Below, one piece after another: positions 55,466 through 64,000 of a stretch of DNA of 64,000 bases (position 1 is the first letter of the stretch; each line of letters opens with the position of its first letter). Position numbers and translations under genes: made by a program. The notes beneath the pieces are model-generated. The model had not been told where the DNA came from and did not search any database. It saw only the letters and a list, made by a program, of their open reading frames with translations. Origin of the DNA: Zygnema circumcarinatum SAG 698-1b (taxonomy: Eukaryota > Plantae > Zygnematophyceae); the NCBI GenBank assembly GCA_037447605.1, contig CM074809.1, positions 3,400,689 through 3,464,688 of the forward strand. The letters are read 5' to 3'.

Positions 55466-55913
55466 TAGGGTTGGGGGCACGGGGCACGGGCATGCCCGGG
55501 GGGGGGGCATGCCCGGGGGGGGGGCATGCCCCCCATTTTCGACCGTCCGTGCCCGGGGCACGCCTCCAAAAATTTTCCCCATATATTTCGTGCCCCCCCG
55601 TGCCCCCTGTCACGTGACGCTTACCTCGTACGACCAGGCCCGGGCCGGTGACGATTGTTGTGTTGAGTACTGTCCGTACTTTTCATATTTTTCCGTACAT
55701 GTGTACCTTTATCCGTACGTTTAGTACATTCATCTGTACTTTCTGTACCTTCATCCGTACTGTTTTTAAAATAGTATATTCTTTTTGGGGCCGATTTGAA
55801 TTGCTCAATGCAGTCACGTCACGGGGCACGAAAAAGGGGCATGCCCCCCCCCAAGGGGGGGGGGGCACGTGCCCCTGGGCACGGGTCGGAGGGGGACCGT
55901 GCCCCCAACCCTA
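55466..55913. mobile_element. Non-autonomous hAT-type MITE, 448 bp
   Basis: Perfect 17-bp TIRs TAGGGTTGGGGGCACGG (55466-55482) and CCGTGCCCCCAACCCTA (55897-55913). 8-bp target-site duplication ACGACGGC at 55458-55465 and 55914-55921. Subterminal GGGCAC/GTGCCC and GGGCATGCCC repeats. No transposase ORF. Confidence 0.92.
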
Positions 55914-56402
55914 ACGACGGCACACACACTCGCTCGCACTTTTGGTTTTTCTTTGAGACGTAGAGGCCACCGACAACCGACAGCCCGACCGTCCGACCGA
56001 CCGACTAACCGTACGATCGTACACGTCCATGCGTCAGACTGGGGTCAGAAGGGAACATGGAAACAGACTTCTGCACTAAATTCAGGAGCCGTTTCACGCT
56101 ATGCGCAACATCGAACGGGGAAGAGTCACGCTTTACTGCGACACTTTTAAGTGACATGGATCGCTCTTCAGGACTTGCTGCTTGCTTTTTTCTGAAACAA
56201 GGGAAAAAAAAAAAAAAAATTCCCTTAATAGGCAGGAGCTGCAGAAGCATCGTTGTATCTTGCAGGCTCAATGTGACATCAATATCTGTATCATGTGACG
56301 AATAGCCGCTTCTTCTCTTCGCCTTCCTTCTTTCGTTCGCTCCTTTCTTGTCGCAAACAGTGTCGCAGCAGGACTCCAGGCCCTCGCAAAGAGCTCACAA
56401 CC

Positions 56403-59400
56403 ATGATGGAGGCATTCACGTGGTTCGATTTCCTGACAATGTTAATTGGCAATATCAGCTTGGCGTTTATCCTGCTGCTGTTGTTCTCCTTGCTGCATCG
56501 CACGGAGTTCTTCCGCCGCCTGCACGCCACTCGCCTTTTCAATGAAGCTGAAGAACCCGTGCCTGTGAAGCCTATGCAGAACCCGTTTGCATGGCTCGTT
56601 CCAGTCTGGACGGCTACAGAAGACGATATCATAAAATACGCAGGCTTAGACGCTGCTGTGTTTTTAACGATGTTCACATTCAGCATCAAGGTACCCGTCT
56701 GAGCTAACAATTTGAACAAAGGCATGCACATCTTCTAGACCTGATAGCAGTTATTTCACAAAACTTACCTATGGCGCATTCATAATGCTGGTCTTTCGAA
56801 ATAGCAGCTACAATTGCAGTGGTCCAATCGTTGTACGTGTGTCAGTGAGGTGGGTGGCATTAAACCCGAATATGAGTTTTCGAACCGTCTCAAGTAAATC
56901 AAAATCCTTAAAAGCTGTAGACAAGTTGGCCTTGTCGTCTTCATTTGAAAGCAGGTCGACATCTTCAGTGTTTCCAAAAGCTTCTGTTAGGAGTATGCGC
57001 AAATATTGCCATGTATTATTGCCTTCAATTTGCGGTTTGAGAGTGGACGGCAAAGAGTATTTGCACTGTCTTTGCAGTCGTCTTCAATAAGGAGGAAACG
57101 GCAAAAATAAGTGCTTTTCTTGACTGAAGAGCACCTGAAATGTTGGGGAAGGGCGGAAATGTTGCTTGGCCAGCTATTCATCATCCTGAATATTCTGTGC
57201 CTTCCGGTGTTGCTACCGCTAAATAAAACTGCAGAAGGCGTCAGTTCACCCTCGGTTGAAGTAACGGCCGTGAATTCTTTCGCCACCAGTAATGTTGGCA
57301 CAAATTCGAACCGACTGTGGGGGACATTTGTGATGCTCTATCTAGTTTGTGGAGTGACATGCGCAATGATTTGGGCGACGTTTCAACATATTTGGTCCCT
57401 GAGGCACAAGTATTTGGCGAGCAGATCGAGAAATCTGCATCCGGAGGAGTTCACCCTTCTTGTGACAGATATTCCTGATGTTCCTTTGCCAGACAGACAG
57501 GACTCAACAGTACAGCTCTTCGAGAAGTGCATCAGGTGAATATATAGGCCTTTTTGTTGCGCTCGTTGGATTTTCCATTCATTTTACTCAAGTATGTCGG
57601 TTTACTTGGTCGTGGCAGCTATGTTCGCAACATGTCAATCTTAGGAGAATTTGGAACCAGATGATGAACATTTTAAATGCTAGCGTGAAAATAACTCTTG
57701 CGTCAGCAAAGTTGGAGGTGTATGCTTCATTCTGTTAAGAGTTTGTGGCTGTGATTGAAACTTGAGAACTGCTTCCAAGTCTTCCTTGTTCTTGCATTCT
57801 TACTGCAGCAAACCGGTCAAAGTGAAAAAAACATTTGTTCGCCAGATATTCCGAGTTTTGCGAGGAGCCTCTTTGGGAATCATACGAGCTCCGTCGAAGT
57901 ATTTGAGAAGTGATATAGCTACATCAAAGTCGCTGGAAATCGATGCTTTTTTTAATAGGCTTTATCCTCAATCTTACTTGACCAACCAGGGGGTCCGTTC
58001 CTCTAGCAAGGTGAGTTAGACCTTTACCTTGCCGAAAATTATCCTCCGAAAAGCCTTCTTTATTATACATCACATGATTTCCTTATATATCACGTGCACT
58101 ATTGATATTTTGTGAAAAGATTCATCAAATTGTGTTGACAAGTTCAAAGTATCCTCAAATACATCCATGTATCCTTTTTCCCGTTTTTAAAGGTGATGAT
58201 GTTGGATCTCATGAGCTTCTTTTGGCCGTTTTTTACTTGAGCAGGCTCAGAGGGCTTACAACCGATGGAGGACTGCTGTGCGAAAATTGAGAAGAACTCG
58301 GTGGAGGCTCGAGCAAAGATTAGAAGAAAATCGAGCGAGTGATAATCCACTACTTGACAGCTCATTAGTGCAATATTACAGAACGGGCTTCTGTGGGTGC
58401 TTTGGCCGTAAAGTTGAAGCTGTTTCTTACTGGGAGGAGCAGGTGAAGGAACGGACTAAGAAACTAGAGAAGCAGCAGGAGATTGCGATAAAGAGGAGGT
58501 ATGTTTGTTCTTTGCCCAAGAAATGTAACTTTGTTTCTGAACTTGTCTTTGCAGGAATTATAGTTGCTGAGCATTAGGCCATAGGTGATTTTTCAGGCTA
58601 CAGTAGGAGGCATGGAACTATCTAAAGGGCCATTTAAACTGATTTGCTTGATCGTCGAGCTTGGGGAATACCCAATTCTGCAGGAGCACGGGTTCCGCCT
58701 TTATCTGTTTCAACAGTCGGCGAGTGACAACCGTTGCAGCTCAAACAGCTCACTCAATTAGAGGTATTTTCATGCTTGGGCAATTTCTTCTTTTTCCGTC
58801 GTTCTCCTTTCGTTCTTCCTTTCCTTTCGTTTTCCCTCCTTGGGAGACACACAAATATAGTATGAGTTCAATAGTTACTCTTAGTTTCGCTTTTGTTGTG
58901 ATCACGTTGATCTTTGTTGGCAAGGACTGTCTGAACCCACCACTTTTAAGTCCGTTCTGTGTTTTTCTATTACATCTACCTCGTTCATGTTTCTACCATT
59001 TTCCGTGGCAACTACAGCAGCCGGAGCATTTGAACTGAATTGCCTAAGTGTGGATGGAGTATTTCTGCTATTCTTTGTCCACAGCTATCTATCTGAGACT
59101 TTCTTGTTTTCCACTTTCGTTTGTCTTTCAGGCACAAGGTGGCGGATTGAGAGAGCCCCTGAGCCGCGAGATGTGATATGGCGTAACGTGGAACTGCGAT
59201 TCTGGGAGAGGACGTTACGCTCACATTTAGGACTTGCACTTACGGTGTTGCTGATCATATTTTTTTATATTCCAGTGACTGCTATCGCTGGCCTGACATC
59301 TTTGAATAAACTCGTGGAGTGGTTCCCAGGCATCCGACATCTGGTGGCGAAGTATTATACTCCCTTTTTTCCTCCTCTTTGTTAGTAGAGAAGTTGCTTG

Positions 59401-62094
59401 ACACTGAAACATTCATTTTGGAGGGATCGACGTGTGAATTCCATCGTTCCATTCCATGCAGCAGCTAATATTTGCCCTCTCTGGGGGGATGGTTGAGTTG
59501 ACAGTGTATGGTTTCGCGGTATGGTCTCCTCCTTTTTGGCGGGGTTGGGACTTCGTATCATGCTCTGGGTAATACAACCTGTTTTGATTTTACTCGCCCG
59601 ACTTGAGGGCTATCCGAGCGTGAGCGAGTCAGAGCGAGTGGCAGTGGGGAAGCACTTTTATGTGCTGCTTTTCAATGTGTTTTTAGGGTATACCTTCACA
59701 GACACGCTTCTTTCCCAGCTGGAGGTGAGTTAGCTGTTTACTATGATAAGCGAGTTGCAGTTAGAAAGGGAATTGTTGATAGCTTATGATGTAAAGGAGG
59801 ATTTACACGAGTTGTGAATGAGCTTGTGGAATTCAGTTAGAGGAAGAGCAGCTGCCAAATTTCAAGTGTGCCTTTTGTCGAAGAGACCCTTATGGGTCGT
59901 CAAATGCTGACTTGGACGCAACTCCATTTGCTTTCTTTTTTAACTCCAAATGTCTTCCTTGAAATGTTGATCCTCATCTGCTCCAGTTCACTTATTCGGA
60001 GATTGGCTTCTAATTCTCAATGGTTTTGTGCAAAGTCAGGCAATCATTGATCACCCTTCAGATATTGTCACGATTTTGGCCACATCTCTCCCCCAAACAT
60101 CCGCATTCTTCATCACGTATGTTGTCATCAGCGGAGTGTTATTCTTTCTCGAGCTACTGAGGTTTCCTATTCCCTTAATTCGCTATCTCTTTCTTCGAAA
60201 CTTCGTGGGGAAGGACATTTGCGACAGAGAGAAGAGTTGGGACCTGGTAGTGCCCTGAAACCACTCTCTACTGAATGAAACATTCTTGCAATTTGCGTTG
60301 TTTCTATGTGAATGGATGGTTGCTATCCTCACTTGTGACGAGATACCTCTTAAAACTCTGCAGATTGAAGAGAGTACCTTCTGCACTCAGATCCTAAGTG
60401 TTCTCTTAAGAGTTCAATCCACACACATGTTGTTTAATGCCTGGTCGTCAGAAAGAGGCTGAGATGGGATGATAAGTCTGCTAAAGGCTGCGTCGGACGA
60501 CGTGTGTGCAGGGGCGCATCACTTACTACGTCTTTGTGCCGTATCAGAACTTGATCATTACTTTTGGATTAGTTTATGCCGTTCTGTCGCCATTGATATT
60601 GCCATTTGTTCTCTTATACTCCATCATCGGCTACATAGTCTGGAAGCATCAGGTGAGTGTTGCAAGGGCTTGCATGTCAGAGCAACTCTCTATCATGTTC
60701 TGCCAGTGTGTCCTTCCTTCCTTTCAGGAAAGTTGTAGCATACTTACAGCTTCATTTTGGAGTTCTCTGTTCCATAGATGAGGCATGAGTGAGCAAATCT
60801 AGATGTTGGTGCTGGTGCATGTAGTAAATGGAAACCCCAAAGTATTGACTTAGTTGACATGGTGAAACCATGCAGATCATGTATGTGTACAGTCAGCCAT
60901 ACCAGACAGGGGGGCTCATGTGGCCAAGTTTTGTGAACCATGTCTTTGTGGCATTGGTGATTGCTCAGCTCACAGCTATTGGAGCATTCGCTCTGAAGCA
61001 AGGGTACTACCAGGCAGGCTGGAGTGTGCCGCTGCCAATCTTGACCATCTATACATGGCTCATGTTGAATTCTCAATACAGCTCCACTTTTAGGTGCGTC
61101 CGTGCAGTTCCTGTACTTCCTGACTTCGGAGAAACTACTATTGAGTCTCTTTCTTGTGGCTAAGGGCGCTTGTATCGCCGATATCTAAGTCCCTGAATCT
61201 CTGACATAGAAAAAGGAGGTAATCTTAGAATGAGCGGAATCAACCTCTGGCAATCTGCTATCTCCCGGCCCTCCTTCTGATAAACGACTGCAAATACTAC
61301 AGATTTGAGTCGTAAAATCGACTAAAATGTAAATCGTTCTCTTGTGTGCTGTACTTTCCATAAACTTGGGTCAGACATAGCAGAACCACAAATCTCACCT
61401 TCTACGCGGCTCTATTTGCAGGGTGCTCCCGCTCGAGCTTGCCTGTGAAGTGGATGAACTGAACGAGAGAGAAGGACTTGTGCCTATTGCGAGAGACTTT
61501 GCTGGACAGTACATTCCGGAGTGTCTGCAGAATCATGAGAATCCGCCACTGAGCAAAAGCACCGTGGATGCGGAAGACCCCTTAGCTTCTGAGTTGGCGG
61601 CAGAGGAGATTCAAGGCTTCAAAACGACAAGGGAGGGAGAGACTGATGACAGCCATAATAAGCGTTGTTGCCTTGGACTTTGTCTGGTGTGCTTGAAACG
61701 GCCTGCTGTGAAGTCTGAGGGGGAAGCAAGTGGGAGGGCGGTGGATGGGCTGCATTTGAAGGAAAGAGAGGGAGGAGTGCATGAGGAACTGGAATCAGCA
61801 AGCAGGAAACATGTGAATGGGGAAGCTAGCGGTCGTGATGTCATAGGCTCGAGCGCAGATAGCCTCGAGAATGATGATGGGCAAGATATTTCTTCAGCCG
61901 ATACATTGTCGGTACTGAGGAACATGCATTCGGGATCTGTGGTTGATCAAGTACGTCCTGATGGGCAGCAAGAAGGGGAGCGTGGAGGGGAGTCTGGTCG
62001 TTTAGGAGAGAGAGTAAGGACAAGAGAACTGCCAGGAGGGTTAGGCTTCGGGTTAGAGTCTAGCAATGGACCAGGCTCGCCAGAAACGAAGTGA
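56403..62094 (+). CDS. OSCA/CSC1/ERD4-like (TMEM63 family) mechanosensitive channel
   Basis: NPFAWLVPVWTATEDDIIKYAGLDAAVFL, LPVLLPLN, FTLLVTDIP, IDAFFNRLYP, YRTGFCGCFGRKVEAVSYW, AFICFNSR, WRIERAPEPRDVIWRN, FFYIPVTAI, LARLEGYPS.S, FNVFLG, LATSLPQTSAFFITYV, YAVLSPLILPF, YQTGGLMWP, LPILT. Confidence 0.93.
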
Positions 62095-62759
62095 TGCCGG
62101 GTTCAGATTTGCCAGACTCATGTCGTGGGCGAGTGCATCACAGAACTTTAGGGTTTCTACTGGTGCCTCTCCTTTTGTGTGAGTCGGGGTCCACCCTTAG
62201 TCGCTAGTAGCCATGTATAGTGAGATATGCCCACGCCGCTGAAAATAAAGTACTTAGGCGGTTAACCAATAAGGAGTGCTCTACGCTCACTAGGAGTGAA
62301 TAATGTTTTCAAGCAGTAGCTACCGTAAGTGTATACCATGTATAATTTGACGTAGGAATCTGCAATGGGAGAAATCCGAGTCTCCCTTTGTGAGGAGATG
62401 ATGGTAGAATGATGAAAGGGCTTCACTGGATCCCCCAACTTGGAGACATATCTGCATCTGGGTACACTCCATCTTGCCTTCTCTCTCGATGAGCCCCACC
62501 AAGTCCTTACAGCTTATGGCGGTGCAGTGCATGGTAAGACCCTACCTCCCGCACACTACCGTACCTGCTTCTTTGCTGCGTCAGATATTGTCCGCATTGA
62601 TGCCCGGATGTTCGATCGACGATGTCTCATGGATGGCCATAATGCGCCTCCATTCTCCAACCTCCATGAGTCCAGGCCACACAGACTGTAGGCAACAATG
62701 CCCACGTGAGTCTGTGCCTTTTTCTAAAACTCCAAAAGCTTATGCTTGTGTTTAGCTTA

Positions 62760-64000
62760 TGTTGATCTCACGATGGCGCCACATCATTTCGGCTTTATGT
62801 AAGCTTATGTATGTAGCTTATGCCACATCTTTTCCCTTAATGTAAAATTTGTTAACCAGATTGAGCGTGTTTTAGAAATGACTTTAGCTCCCAAGCCCCC
62901 AGATGCGCAGCTCGACTGACGACTTCTGCTGCGTGCATCGTGCGGTCCACCGCGTTTCCCGCCCAACATCCAACGGCCCAACGCGCCTGCATCCGCATCT
63001 CGCATCCATCCAACGGCTCAGCGTCCCCCCTCAGCGACTTCGTCACATCCGCAGCTCGTGGTTTTGGCGCTCCGCAGCGCCATACCGTATCATACAGTAA
63101 ATATCATGTAGCGTATGCAAGAGCATCAGAGATGCAGCACTTGCATTCACTCTGGAAACCAGCATTTCTCATTCAAGAAACTTGTCTCTAGCAGGTTTTG
63201 GGCTTGGTGCTCAAGACTTGTTACACTTTCTCTACCTTAGTGTTCTTGTCTTACATATGCCTTGAGCATTCCCTTCGTGAACTGCTGCAGCGAAGATGTC
63301 TATGATTACAAAACTGAGTGGAGGAAACTTTGGCGAGGGTGGTTCCACAATGGAATTACCAACAAGTGGTATCAGAGTTGATGGTGACATTTGGCACACT
63401 ATCCCTATCTTCAAAGGTACTGACTATAAGGACTAGCGGTGGCACATGATGACCCTTCTCAAGACCAAGAATCTGGTTCAGTACGTGAACGGGACTATCA
63501 GACCACCGACTGCAGATTCGATCATGGCAGCCAAAGAGCTATCAATGTGGACTATGAAGGACGCTCAAGTGAGGCTGCTCATTGCGGCAAGCGTCAGAGG
63601 GAACCCTGCCAAGATGTTTCGAGAGCTTACGTTTGCCTACACAATGTGGTAATAGCTCGCAAACATCTACGATGTCATCGATATCAACGTAAAATTTGAG
63701 CTCTATGATGAACTAATGCAAATGAAGATGGCCCAAACCGAGGAGCTAACCGCATACGTGATTCGCTTCAATGATCTGATGGCAAAGTTTGTGATTGCCC
63801 AGCAGCCCATCGTCAAAGTTCACCAAATTGTGAGCTTCCTCAAAGGTTTGCTGAGCCGGTTTGCACCTACCATCAATTCCCTGAAAACCCTGCTCGTCAG
63901 ATATCCACATACTCTTGAGGAAGTGAAAATGCGAGTGACAAAGGAGGAGTGCACGATCAAAGGAATGAAGAAGACCAATTCCGAGGACGTCATGACGATT
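62760..64000 (+). mobile_element. 5' part of a decayed Ty1/copia LTR retrotransposon (5' LTR, PBS, gag), truncated by the window edge
   Basis: LTR-like end ..CCAACA at 63364, then the tRNA-iMet PBS TGGTATCAGAG at 63367-63377, then a UBN2-type gag frame. The LTR 5' boundary is uncertain (TGTTG at 62760 or TGTT at 62850). Confidence 0.8.
63390..64000 (+). pseudogene. Copia gag with premature stops
   Basis: IPIFKGTDYKD*RWHMMTLLKTKNLVQYVNG..MW**LANIY..KFELYDELMQMKM..FLKGL..TLEEVKMRVTKEE. In-frame stops at 63434-63436, 63650-63652 and 63653-63655. Confidence 0.8.

Noticed and set aside
58169-58177. GTATCCTTT, a perfect U12 donor consensus
   Set aside because: It lies in the middle of a normal GT-AG OSCA intron (58011-58243) with no in-frame exon ending there.
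62300-62760. Weak resemblance to retroelement integrase/RT fragments (e.g. H-x6-HPG on the minus strand)
   Set aside because: The frames are interrupted and no diagnostic motif series could be confirmed by eye; it needs BLASTX.

Overview
Eukaryotic, gene-dense 64 kb window from a non-seed streptophyte. The proteins are land-plant-like but the genes are compact with microsatellite-filled introns, which suggests a charophyte/zygnematophyte-type alga (inference). I could assemble 12 intron-containing genes by hand: POLE2/DPB2 (+), a plant METTL6-like tRNA methyltransferase (-), an ABC1/ADCK2-type kinase (+), SF3B6 (+), organellar aspartyl-tRNA synthetase (-), NOC2 (+), an RBM41-like minor-spliceosome RRM protein (-), truncated haemoglobin GLB3 (-), a MATH-less BPM-type BTB protein (+), an F-box/RI-like LRR protein (-), ClpF (+) and an OSCA/ERD4 channel (+). 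There is also a possible 64-aa membrane microprotein and the 5' end of a decayed Ty1/copia element at the right edge. The most notable observations are: an apparent full RBM41 orthologue; a clean AT-AC U12 intron followed by a GC-AG intron in POLE2; an intact 448-bp hAT-type MITE with 17-bp TIRs and an 8-bp TSD carrying a GTAC array upstream of OSCA; an interstitial (TTAGGG)n array upstream of RBM41 plus pervasive degenerate telomere-like intron fill; exon-scale GC3 mosaicism next to CATG satellites; and one-repeat-per-exon LRR architecture. A 980-bp duplication in NOC2 lies between N-gaps and is probably an assembly artefact. All homology calls come from recognised motifs recalled from memory, not from database searches.
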